NCBI GenBank assembly: GCA_028719205.1
Contig: JAQUKH010000026.1
Span: 1 to 37,861 of the forward strand
DNA length: 37,861 bases
Direction of reading: 5' to 3'
Origin: a bacterium
GTDB taxonomy: Bacteria; JACRDZ01; JAQUKH01
Of this stretch, positions 9,312 through 18,846 are shown piece by piece. The translations under genes and the position numbers were made by a program. Under the pieces are notes generated by a model. It searched no databases. It was given only the letters and a program-made list of their open reading frames with translations, and had not been told where the DNA came from. Numbering within the stretch: position 1 is the stretch's first letter; every line of letters begins with the position of its first letter.

Positions 9312-10289
9312 ATGAAAAGAAAAAAGATTATATTATCGATAATATTTATTTTAATATTCGAACCTTTAGCCTTTATTTATGCTCAATCCAGGGTGACAGG
9401 TTCAGCAGAAGAAGCGTCAATCCGTGATGGAAGAAAACCGGTAAAGCTCTTAAAAATGTTTGGACAGGGCCAGTTTAATTCAATTAATAATATTTATGTT
9501 TCGCCTAAGGGCATAATTTATATTTCTGACGCAAGTGATTGTACCGTAAAGGCTTTTAATATGCGCAATGAATTTTTATTCAGTTTCGGACAGGTATCAG
9601 GATCTAAACTCCAAAGCATTATGGAACTCAGCTCGGATAATGACGGTAATGTTTATGTGGCGGATTATGATCAGGATCTTGTTAATGTTTATAATTCTAA
9701 CGGGAAATATCTTTTTAATATTAAACCGGAAACTGAAATGCAGAAAAAACTTAAGGGCAGAGGAGTTTCCGGTATGGCGGTTAACAGCAGGAGAGATATT
9801 TATATTGCTGACAGCGCGAACGGGCGTATTGAGGTCCGGGATATTAATTTAAAGTACAAATATCAGATAGATATATTTAAAAATAAAGACGGAAAAAAGC
9901 TGGAGCTTATTTCACCGGCTCATCCAAGGATAAACAGCCATGATGAGCTTTATGTTATAGACCCATTGATCAGTAGTGTTCATTGTTTTGACGCGAGAGG
10001 CAATTATTTAAGCAGTTTCGGGACATATTTATCCGCGCCTTCAGGTTTGGCTATTGACAGGTATGACAGGGTATATGTTATAGATATGAGATTCTGTGCT
10101 GTGCTGATCTATGACAGGGAAGGAAAATTTTTATACGCGTTAAGCGATGAAAACGGGAAAGAAATTTATTTACCTTATCCGACCGGTTTGGCAGTAGATA
10201 ATAATGGTTATATTTACGTAGGTTGTAATGACGGAGGCTGGGGTGTTAAGGTTTTTAAATATATACCGGCATGGGGGGAAGGGAAATGA
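9312..10289 (+). CDS. Exported NHL-repeat six-bladed beta-propeller protein
   Basis: Signal peptide; repeated PxGLAxD...YVxD...(V/I) units. Confidence 0.85.
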   Translation: MKRKKIILSIIFILIFEPLAFIYAQSRVTGSAEEASIRDGRKPVKLLKMFGQGQFNSINNIYVSPKGIIYISDASDCTVKAFNMRNEFLFSFGQVSGSKLQSIMELSSDNDGNVYVADYDQDLVNVYNSNGKYLFNIKPETEMQKKLKGRGVSGMAVNSRRDIYIADSANGRIEVRDINLKYKYQIDIFKNKDGKKLELISPAHPRINSHDELYVIDPLISSVHCFDARGNYLSSFGTYLSAPSGLAIDRYDRVYVIDMRFCAVLIYDREGKFLYALSDENGKEIYLPYPTGLAVDNNGYIYVGCNDGGWGVKVFKYIPAWGEGK

Positions 10290-13198
10290 TATATAAAAAG
10301 AGAGGTATTTATCTTCCCGTTTTATTTTGTTTGATATTTTTATCAGGGATAAACAACGTTTACGCGGAAATAATTAACAGCCCGCATGACTTAATTGCAT
10401 GGTTCAATTATTCTACCGTCAGTTCAGGGCAAACAGGGATATGCAGTTTTTGTCATTATCCGAGTGGAGGCGGCGCGCATTTTTTTGTTAATGGAAGAGG
10501 AAGTGATACAGCTAAAATATACGGAATAGTTGCTGAAATGTGCTGGAAATGCCATGGAAATAATCTATATCTGGGCAGGAATGAACCTGTGGTTTATAAC
10601 GAAATTTTTAAAACTATGGACAAAGATCACGCGCCTTTGGATTCACATCCAGTCAGGGGGATAAGTTCCAAAAGTAAGCCTGAAGTATTAAAAAATACTT
10701 ATATCCCGGCAAAGCTGGATTGGCCATGGACGGAAGGCTGGGACAGCGGAAGGGCGGATAGAGATATAGAATGTACTACCTGCCATAATGTTCACGAATG
10801 GAATTCAAAATGGGATACTCCTGACGGAAAGAGAAAATTTTTAAGGGCTCCGGTTTATTATGAATCAGCGGGTATCGGATATGATTTCTGTGTAAACTGC
10901 CACTTTAACAGGGAGAGTGACACAGCAAAAAACAATATAGGGCATCCTGTAGGACTGAACGCGAAATTTTCAAATTCCACAACCGGTATAATAATGAAAG
11001 ATACTACGGGTATGATAAGGTTATACAAAGATGATGTAATCATCTGCCGGACATGTCATATAACTCATGGCGCGGGAAATAACAAAAATGCTGATTTATG
11101 TGATAGATGCCATATTAAAGAGTCTATCCGGGGAAAAGATATATTATTTACTAAACAATTAGCTCATTCGTCAGATTATAATTCAACATTAATTTTAAAT
11201 GATAACGGGATACAAAAAGTCAAACCGTTGGAACTGAATTGGGAATTGCTGAACGCGTCCCGGGAAGGTAACATTGAAGCCGTAAAAACATTATTGGAGA
11301 AAGGTGCTGATGTAAACTCGAAAGATAAAGATGGAAATACTATTTTACATCGCGCGGTTTGGAGCGGCAACAGCGATATGGTAAAGGTCCTGCTGGACAA
11401 GGGCGCGGATATGAAGGCGCGGGACGAAGATGGAGAAACAGCATTATTGAACGCGGCCGGGATGGAGTTTAAAGCGGATATAGTGAAAATTTTGCTGGAT
11501 AGGGGCGCTGATATTAATATAAAGAACAAATATGGCAGAAATGTTCTTATGTTCGTGGCAGGAAAAAATAATAATGATATATTAAAAACTTTACTGGCCA
11601 AAGGCGCGGATGTAAATGAGACAGATAGTAATGGAGCTACCGCTTTGTTTTACGCGGCTTCGAGCGGCAATGCTGATACTATAAAAATATTATTGGAAAA
11701 AGGCGCGGATATAAACGCGAAAGATAAAAACAAAGTTACAGCTTTAATGCTTGCGGCAAAAAGGAGTAATATTGATGTTGTAAAAGTTTTACTTGATAAC
11801 GGCGCGGTTATGAACGCGAGAGATGATGATGGAGCTACAGCCATACTGTCCGCCGCTGATAATAGAGATCAAAAAGATAATAATATCCAGATCGTGAAAA
11901 TGCTGCTGGAAAAAGGCGCGGATATAAACATAAAAAGTAATGATGGTAAAACTGTTCTTATGTGCGCGGTCCAAAGAGGGTATACTGACCTGGTTAAAGT
12001 TTTGCTTGAAAAAGGCGCGGATGTAAACGCGGAAGACAGTATTGGAGCTACTGTTTTATTCCATGCTGTTTGGAACGGGGGAATTGATATAGTCCGGATC
12101 TTAATAGAAAAAGGAGCGAATGTAAACGCGCAAAATAATAACGGAGTGACTGTTTTAATGCGCGCTATTGAATCGGGACATACCGATATAGCGAAAATAT
12201 TACTGGCCAAAGGCGCGAGTGTGAATATAAAAGATAATAACGGAGCTACTGTTTTATTACACGCGTCCTGGAACGGTAATATTGATATGATAAAAATATT
12301 ACTTGGTAAAGGCGTGGATGTAAATTTAAAAGATAAAAACGGGGTAACAGCTTTATTAAACGCGTCTTTTAAGGGTGAAACTGAGGTGGTTAAAATCTTA
12401 TTGGATAATGGCGCGGATATAAAAGCTAAAGGTAAAGACGGATTCACGGCCCTGTTATACGCGACAAAAAGGGGTAATACCGATACTATGAAAGTTTTGC
12501 TCGCCAAGGGCGCGGATTTTAATATAGCTAACAGTGAAGGGAAAAATATTTTAATGTACGCGTCAGAAATGGGTTATACGGATATTGTAAAAACCTTATT
12601 GGAAAAAGGCGCTGATGTGAACGCGAAAGATAAATACGGCGTTACGGCTTTAATGCTTGCTTCAGAAAGCGGTTATAATGATATAGTGAAAATTTTACTG
12701 GAAAAAGGAGCGCAGGATAAGGCAAAAAATAAGAATGAAAATACAGCCTTGTTGAGCGCGGTTGAAACCGGCAATATCGATATTATGAAAGCCTTACTGG
12801 AGAAAAACGCTGATGTGAATATAAAAGATAAAAATGAAGTAACTATTTTAATGCGCGCGGTTGAAAGCGGCAATATAGATATTGTGAACTCTTTACTGGA
12901 AAAAGGCGCGGATATTAACGCTAAAGATAAAGACAGCGTTACGGCTTTGCTGCTCGCGGTTGAAAGGATCTATGATGATATTATGGAAGCTTTACTGAAA
13001 AAAGGCGCTGATGTAAACGCGAAAGATAAAGACGGAGTGACTGTTTTAATGCGCGCGGCTGACAGGGGAAAAATTAATACGGTTAGGTCCTTGCTTGAAA
13101 AAGGCGCGGATATGAAAGCAAAAGATAAAAACGGTTTAACGGCTTTTAATTACGCGGAAAACAGGCATGATAGCGATATTATGAAAATATTGAGATGA
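10286..13198 (+). CDS. Exported hexaheme c-type cytochrome fused to 20 ankyrin repeats
   Basis: Signal peptide; CSFCH, CWKCH, CTTCH, CVNCH, CRTCH, CDRCH; then 20 GxTAL...LLEKGADVN repeats in one open frame. ATGA overlap with the NHL gene. Confidence 0.88.
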   Translation: MIYKKRGIYLPVLFCLIFLSGINNVYAEIINSPHDLIAWFNYSTVSSGQTGICSFCHYPSGGGAHFFVNGRGSDTAKIYGIVAEMCWKCHGNNLYLGRNEPVVYNEIFKTMDKDHAPLDSHPVRGISSKSKPEVLKNTYIPAKLDWPWTEGWDSGRADRDIECTTCHNVHEWNSKWDTPDGKRKFLRAPVYYESAGIGYDFCVNCHFNRESDTAKNNIGHPVGLNAKFSNSTTGIIMKDTTGMIRLYKDDVIICRTCHITHGAGNNKNADLCDRCHIKESIRGKDILFTKQLAHSSDYNSTLILNDNGIQKVKPLELNWELLNASREGNIEAVKTLLEKGADVNSKDKDGNTILHRAVWSGNSDMVKVLLDKGADMKARDEDGETALLNAAGMEFKADIVKILLDRGADINIKNKYGRNVLMFVAGKNNNDILKTLLAKGADVNETDSNGATALFYAASSGNADTIKILLEKGADINAKDKNKVTALMLAAKRSNIDVVKVLLDNGAVMNARDDDGATAILSAADNRDQKDNNIQIVKMLLEKGADINIKSNDGKTVLMCAVQRGYTDLVKVLLEKGADVNAEDSIGATVLFHAVWNGGIDIVRILIEKGANVNAQNNNGVTVLMRAIESGHTDIAKILLAKGASVNIKDNNGATVLLHASWNGNIDMIKILLGKGVDVNLKDKNGVTALLNASFKGETEVVKILLDNGADIKAKGKDGFTALLYATKRGNTDTMKVLLAKGADFNIANSEGKNILMYASEMGYTDIVKTLLEKGADVNAKDKYGVTALMLASESGYNDIVKILLEKGAQDKAKNKNENTALLSAVETGNIDIMKALLEKNADVNIKDKNEVTILMRAVESGNIDIVNSLLEKGADINAKDKDSVTALLLAVERIYDDIMEALLKKGADVNAKDKDGVTVLMRAADRGKINTVRSLLEKGADMKAKDKNGLTAFNYAENRHDSDIMKILR

Positions 13199-13201
13199 AA
13201 T

Positions 13202-13510
13202 ATGAGTCAAAATAAAAAAATCTGCAATCAATGCGGGAAATGCTGCGAAGGGGCATTTTTTCTTATTGATGATGCCTACACGGAAGGCGGATTAGACCAT
13301 CTTGAATGGGCGCGGAACCACGGCCTGAAGACCGTCTTCAGGGAAAATTCCGAAGGGAAAAGGCTTTGGGGAATAGAACTGGATACGCCCTGTAAATATT
13401 TGCAAAAAAGCGCGGACGGGAAATCGTTTTGCGCGATCTATGAAAACCGCCCCAAAATGTGCAGGATCTACACCGGAGAAAAAGAATTTCCTGATTGCGG
13501 ATATAAATGA
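13202..13510 (+). CDS. YkgJ-family CxxCxxCC cysteine-cluster protein
   Basis: CNQCGKCC...CKYL...CAIYENRPKMCR. Confidence 0.88.
   Translation: MSQNKKICNQCGKCCEGAFFLIDDAYTEGGLDHLEWARNHGLKTVFRENSEGKRLWGIELDTPCKYLQKSADGKSFCAIYENRPKMCRIYTGEKEFPDCGYK
13476..13510 (+). repeat. Direct repeat A, copy 1 (3' end of the YkgJ-family gene)
   Basis: GAGAAAAAGAATTTCCTGATTGCGGATATAAATGA; 34/35 identical to 17132-17166. Confidence 0.95.
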
Positions 13511-13548
13511 GCTGCCTACCTGGCAAAAAAATCCATAGGATATAAAAC

Positions 13549-16500
13549 ATGAAATTTTCGAATAAAAACTTATTGCTTTTAAATGGTATAGTTTTATTGA
13601 TTTTATGTTTACATTCGTATTCAACGGCTATAGAGTTTAACTCTGGTTTAATATCCGCGGCGGAAAAAGGTGATATTAATACAGTTAAGCAGTTGTTAGA
13701 TCAAGGCGCGGATATAAACGTGAAAGACAGGAATGGTATTACCGCTTTGATAACAGCGGTATGGAATAGTTATACAGAGATAGTAAAGCTGCTGTTAGAA
13801 AAAGGCGCGGATGTGAACGCGAAAGATGATTATGGCCGGACTGTTCTGATGAAAGCGGTTGAGGATGGAAATATAGAGATAATAAAACTGTTAATGGATA
13901 AAGGCGCGGATATAAACAAAAAAGATATAGATGGAAATACTGCTTTGATATTAGCGGGAAGTTTTAATCGCCTGGAAGCAGTAACACTGCTGCTGGAAAA
14001 AAACGCTGATATTAATATTAAAAATGACGAAGGTTTCACAGCCTTTACATGGGCGTCTGAAGGAGGTTATATAGAAATAGTAAAGGAATTGCTGGAAAAA
14101 GGCGCGGATGTGAATGCGAAAACAAAGGATGGTTTTACTCCTCTTATGTTCGCGGCACGGGAGAGCCATATAGAGGTATTAAAGTTATTGCTGGATAAAA
14201 AAGCGGATGTGAACGTACAGGCAAAAAAAACCGGATTTACAGCGCTGATGTTAGCGGAAGAAAATGGTTTTAATGAGGGAGTAAAACTGCTGTTGGAAAA
14301 AAGCGCTAATGTAAATGCTAGAGATAATGCCGGTGTCACTGCCTTGATGAAAGCGGCAGAGAAAGGGAGTACAGAAATAGTAAAGTTACTGTTGGAAAAA
14401 GGCGCGGATGTAAACGCCAAAGATAATAGCAGTGTCACAGTTTTAATAAAAACGACAGAGAGCGGGAGTGCGGAAATAGTGAAATTACTGCTGGAAAAAG
14501 ATGCGGATGTAAATGTAAAAACAAAAGATGGCGGTTTTACCGCTTTGATGGAAGCGGCAAAGAAAGGCCAAATAGATATAGTACAGCTTCTACTGGAAAA
14601 AGGCGCTCATGTAAACACAAAAGCAGATAATGGTCTTGCTACCGCTCTGATCTACGCGGAAAAAAATGGCAACAAAAAAATAGTAAAATTGCTTAAAGAA
14701 GCGGGAGCCGCGGAGGCTAGTGCCAATAACCCCCCTGATCTAATATCCGCGGCGGAAAAAAATGATATAAAAACAGTTAAGCAGTTGTTAGATAAAGGCG
14801 CGGATGTAAATGTGAAAGATAAATATGGTTTCAATGTTTTGATAAAAGAGGCGGGGAGCGGTCATACGGAAATCGTAAAATTATTATTGGAAAAAGGCGC
14901 GGTTGTAAACGCGAAAACAAAAGGCGGCTATACTGCCCTGATGGCGGCGGCAGAGCAGTATAATAATACTGAGATCTTAAAAATGCTGCTGGATAAAGGC
15001 GCTATTATAAACGCGAAAACGGATAAAGGCGATAACGCTTTAATATACGCGGCAAGAGAGGGGCACACGGAAATAGTAAAAATATTACTGGCCAAGGGAG
15101 CGGATCTACACGCGAAAGACAAATATGGCCGTACCGTTCTGATGGAAGTGACAGATAGGGGTTATAAAGATATATTAAGGTCATTGGAGAATAAAGGAAC
15201 GGATATGACATCTGATATTACTGCTTTGGTGAACTCGGAATGGAATAACTACATGCAAATAGTAGAAATATTGTTGGATAAAGGCTTGGAGGTTAACGCG
15301 AAAACAAATTCCGGTTTTACCGCTCTGATGGGAGCGGCAAGGAATAGTAATAAGGAGATAGTAAAACTATTACTGCGTAAAGGAGCGGATGTAAACGCGA
15401 AAGATAAGGAAGGAAAAAATGTTTTGATGTCCGCGCTGGGCCGTGAGGGAAGCCGGACAGAAATAGTAAAATTATTACTGGATAAGGGTGCTGATGTGAA
15501 TGATTTAAAGAAAGAAGATTTCACGGCCTTTATATGGGCGTCTGAAGAAGGTTATATGGAAATAGTAAAGAAAATGCTGGCAAAAGGCGTGGATGTGAAT
15601 GTAAAAACAAATGACGGCTTCACTGCTTTGATGAAAGCGGCAGAGAAGGGGCGTACAGAAATAGTAAAACTGTTGTTGGAAAAAGGCGCGGATGTAAACA
15701 CGAAAAAAGATGACGGCCTTACTACCGCTCTTATGTACGCAAAGGAGCATGGGCACGAAAATATAGTAAAAATGCTAAAAGACGCCGGAGCTGAAGAAAC
15801 TATTGTTAATAGCGGCCCGGATTTAACATCCTTGAAGGAAAAAGGTGATATAAATAAAGAAGAACTGGTTCCGGCAAAAGCCGCGGTTATAAACGCGAAA
15901 GACACAGAGGACACTAACGCTCTGATAATTCCGAAAGTATTGGAGGAAGAAAATGTTGATATTAAGGTTCTGGCTGAAGGAAATAATACCTTTGCTGTTA
16001 ATTTATATAACCGGCTCAAAATTCAGGATGGGAATTTATTTTATTCTCCTTATAGTATTTCAACCCTGCTTGCCATGGTTTATGCCGGCGCCCGCGGAAA
16101 TACTGAGAAACAGATAGCTGAAACTTTATCCTTTCCATTTAACCGTGAACAATTTCATCCGGTTTTTGCGGGCATCATGAAGGAGTTGGGCGCGGCGCGA
16201 GGAGATAACAAAATGGAACTAAGGATGTCCAATGGCCTCTGGGTACAGAAGGATCATGTTTTTCTTAAAGAATATCTCGATTTAAATAAAATGTATTATG
16301 ATGCTGAACCGTACAATGTGGATTTCAGGAATAATGGCGAAATAGCCCGCCTGAAGATCAATAAGTGGGTGGAAGATGGAACGAAAAATAAAATTAAGCA
16401 TTTAGTCCCGCCTGGAATGATCAATTCTAATACAAAATTTATTTTAACCAACGCTGTTTATTTTAAAGCCGGATGGCTGCGCAGGTTTGGGAAAAATATT

Positions 16501-17118
16501 ACAAAGGATGCACCCTTCAAACTTCCTTCAGGAAAAAATATAAATGTGAAAATGATGTCCGGGTACGGAGAATATGAATATGGAGAAAATAATAATTTAC
16601 AAATTTTAGAAATGCCTTATAAAGACAGTGATATATCAATGATCGTATTACTGCCAAAAAAATATGATGGTTTAATGGAGACAGAAAAAATAATAAATGA
16701 TGCAAATATTAAAGAATGGATAAGTTCTCTGGAAAAGAAAGACGTGAATGTTTTATTACCGAAATTTAAAATAACTTCCAGCTTTAACCTTTCACAGTTT
16801 CTTATTTTAATGGGAATGAGTGACGCGTTCAATTTATATAAAGCTGATTTTTCAGGGATAGCGGATTTTTCTAAAATGGATAGTACAAATAACTTATTTA
16901 TATCAGAAGTAATTCACAAAGCCTTTATAGATGTAAATGAAGAAGGTGCTGTTGCCGGAGCCGCGACTTACGCGGATATGACGGAAGGAGGTATATCCAA
17001 AGATGCACCGGTTTTCAGAGCGGACCGTCCGTTTATATTCCTGATACGCGATAATTGGTCGGGAAACATTTTATTTTTAGGCAGAGTAACTGACCCAAAT
17101 GTTTTTTTAGAAGAGTAA
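13549..17118 (+). CDS. Exported ankyrin-repeat protein (22 repeats) with C-terminal serpin domain
   Basis: Signal peptide and ankyrin repeats; serpin from about 15961 (NNTFAVNLY, NLFYSPYSI, INKWVEDGT, NAVYFKAGW, HKAFIDVNEEG, FRADRPFIFLI, LFLGRVTDP). Confidence 0.9.
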   Translation: MKFSNKNLLLLNGIVLLILCLHSYSTAIEFNSGLISAAEKGDINTVKQLLDQGADINVKDRNGITALITAVWNSYTEIVKLLLEKGADVNAKDDYGRTVLMKAVEDGNIEIIKLLMDKGADINKKDIDGNTALILAGSFNRLEAVTLLLEKNADINIKNDEGFTAFTWASEGGYIEIVKELLEKGADVNAKTKDGFTPLMFAARESHIEVLKLLLDKKADVNVQAKKTGFTALMLAEENGFNEGVKLLLEKSANVNARDNAGVTALMKAAEKGSTEIVKLLLEKGADVNAKDNSSVTVLIKTTESGSAEIVKLLLEKDADVNVKTKDGGFTALMEAAKKGQIDIVQLLLEKGAHVNTKADNGLATALIYAEKNGNKKIVKLLKEAGAAEASANNPPDLISAAEKNDIKTVKQLLDKGADVNVKDKYGFNVLIKEAGSGHTEIVKLLLEKGAVVNAKTKGGYTALMAAAEQYNNTEILKMLLDKGAIINAKTDKGDNALIYAAREGHTEIVKILLAKGADLHAKDKYGRTVLMEVTDRGYKDILRSLENKGTDMTSDITALVNSEWNNYMQIVEILLDKGLEVNAKTNSGFTALMGAARNSNKEIVKLLLRKGADVNAKDKEGKNVLMSALGREGSRTEIVKLLLDKGADVNDLKKEDFTAFIWASEEGYMEIVKKMLAKGVDVNVKTNDGFTALMKAAEKGRTEIVKLLLEKGADVNTKKDDGLTTALMYAKEHGHENIVKMLKDAGAEETIVNSGPDLTSLKEKGDINKEELVPAKAAVINAKDTEDTNALIIPKVLEEENVDIKVLAEGNNTFAVNLYNRLKIQDGNLFYSPYSISTLLAMVYAGARGNTEKQIAETLSFPFNREQFHPVFAGIMKELGAARGDNKMELRMSNGLWVQKDHVFLKEYLDLNKMYYDAEPYNVDFRNNGEIARLKINKWVEDGTKNKIKHLVPPGMINSNTKFILTNAVYFKAGWLRRFGKNITKDAPFKLPSGKNINVKMMSGYGEYEYGENNNLQILEMPYKDSDISMIVLLPKKYDGLMETEKIINDANIKEWISSLEKKDVNVLLPKFKITSSFNLSQFLILMGMSDAFNLYKADFSGIADFSKMDSTNNLFISEVIHKAFIDVNEEGAVAGAATYADMTEGGISKDAPVFRADRPFIFLIRDNWSGNILFLGRVTDPNVFLEE

Positions 17119-17131
17119 GCATGAGCACTGA

Positions 17132-17166
17132 GAGAAAAAGAATTTCCAGATTGCGGATATAAATGA
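17132..17166 (+). repeat. Direct repeat A, copy 2 (orphan YkgJ-family gene tail before recN)
   Basis: GAGAAAAAGAATTTCCAGATTGCGGATATAAATGA. Confidence 0.95.
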
Positions 17167-17178
17167 TAAAATACAGCT

Positions 17179-18846
17179 ATGTTATCCCAGCTTAAAATAC
17201 AAAATTTCGGATTGATAGATTCGCTTGCGATAGATTTCTCGGATAAATTAAATATATTTACGGGAGAGACCGGCGCGGGGAAATCTATTCTTATTGACGC
17301 GCTGCGTTTTTCACTGGGGGAACGTTTAGACAGTTCCCAGGTTCGTGACGCGGATAAGCCCTGTGCCGTTGAATCCGTTTTTGAACTTACGGATAAATTT
17401 CTTAAAGAGACACCTGCTTTTTCTGAATATATTTCCGATGAGGACCCGCTTCTTATTATAAACCGCACGTATCTTCCTGACGGCCGCAACAGGATCAAAA
17501 TAAACGGATTTAACATAACGGTTTCGCAGTTAAAAGAGATCGGCAATCATCTTGTTGATTTTCACGGGGCGAACGACCACCAGATGATCCTGGCGGAGGA
17601 ATCGCACATAAAGATCATCGACAGGCTTTCTGACCTTGCAGCGGAAAAAGATGAATATGCCAAAAAATATGCCGGATATTTAAATCTGCAAAAAGAACTG
17701 GATGAATTGCGGGCTTCTTCAAAGAACCGTGAGCAGGACGAACAGCTTCTAAAACATCAGATAACGGAACTGGAACAGGTTACGCTTGATGAAGCTAACT
17801 ACAGGAATATTCTGGAAGAACGCGCCCGCATGAATAATTCCGAAAAATTATACGAACACGCCGGTGAACTGGTTAAGATCTTTGAAGATGAAGAAACCGG
17901 CCTGGATAAACTGATCACGCAGGCGTTCGGCCCGATGAAGGCATTGAATAATCTGGATAAGGGAACAATTAATTTTATGGAAGTACTTAAAAATATGCAG
18001 GAAGAGGCACAAGGATTATCGCACGATCTTTCCAATTACCTTGACAGTCTTTCCTTTAACCCTGATAAAACAAAAAATATAAATTCGCAGTATGATTCCT
18101 ATTATGAAATATTAAGAAAATACGGCCCGGCATTGGAGGACGCGGAAAAAATATACGAGTCGGCGAAGAAAAAATATGAATTGTTAGTAAATCTGGAATA
18201 TAACGATTCAAAATTAAAAGAAGAAATACAGGCACTTCGGAACGAACTGAAAAAGATCGCGGATAAAATAACAGCGAAACGCAATAAAACATCAAAATTT
18301 TTAAAAGAAACAATTGAAAAAGAATTAAAAGAACTGGGCATTAAAAATATCCAATTTGAAGCAAGGATCGATAAGATTGATTTTACCGATAAAGGGCAGG
18401 ACAGGGTTGTTTTTTACATGAGCCCGAATATCGGCGAGGAATTAAAACCTCTGGCGCAGATAGTCTCGGGCGGAGAGTCGGCAAGAGTGATGCTCGCTAT
18501 AAAAAAAGCGTTGACCAAAGTAGACCCGATCCCGGTTCTCGTTTTTGACGAGATAGACGCGCAGATCGGAGGCCGGCTTGGGGACATCACAGGCAAAAAA
18601 CTCAAAGAGCTTTCGGACAACCGACAGGTAATACTTATTACGCACCTTCCACAGATCGCCGCGTTTTCCGACCATCATTTCAAAGTCACAAAAAAAGTTA
18701 AAGACAACCGCACGATAATAAACGTGGACCTCCTTGATAAAACCGCTCGCGTGGAGGAATTGGCGAAAATGATGAGCGGGGAGAAAGAATCTCCGATCGC
18801 GTTGAAGCACGCGAGAGAGATGCTTGGGAGAGTGGAAAATGGATAA
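17179..18846 (+). CDS. recN: DNA repair protein RecN
   Basis: TGETGAGKS, coiled coil, VSGGESARVMLA, LVFDEID, ITHLPQIAA. Confidence 0.96.
   Translation: MLSQLKIQNFGLIDSLAIDFSDKLNIFTGETGAGKSILIDALRFSLGERLDSSQVRDADKPCAVESVFELTDKFLKETPAFSEYISDEDPLLIINRTYLPDGRNRIKINGFNITVSQLKEIGNHLVDFHGANDHQMILAEESHIKIIDRLSDLAAEKDEYAKKYAGYLNLQKELDELRASSKNREQDEQLLKHQITELEQVTLDEANYRNILEERARMNNSEKLYEHAGELVKIFEDEETGLDKLITQAFGPMKALNNLDKGTINFMEVLKNMQEEAQGLSHDLSNYLDSLSFNPDKTKNINSQYDSYYEILRKYGPALEDAEKIYESAKKKYELLVNLEYNDSKLKEEIQALRNELKKIADKITAKRNKTSKFLKETIEKELKELGIKNIQFEARIDKIDFTDKGQDRVVFYMSPNIGEELKPLAQIVSGGESARVMLAIKKALTKVDPIPVLVFDEIDAQIGGRLGDITGKKLKELSDNRQVILITHLPQIAAFSDHHFKVTKKVKDNRTIINVDLLDKTARVEELAKMMSGEKESPIALKHAREMLGRVENG

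Noticed and set aside
13511-13526. TGCC-TACCT-GGCA mini-hairpin after repeat A copy 1
   Set aside because: A 4 bp stem in a single copy is too weak to call as a repeat or recombination site.
11240-15800. Roughly 99 bp periodic repeat as a CRISPR array or DGR template/variable pair
   Set aside because: The period equals 33 codons of ankyrin repeat in an open frame. No cas or reverse transcriptase gene is present, and I saw no adenine-specific mismatch pattern.
11176-16019. Many minus-strand ORFs with repeated FTSAPFSS motifs
   Set aside because: They are antisense shadows of the ankyrin codons (AAAGGCGCGGAT), with no RBS or independent domain signal.
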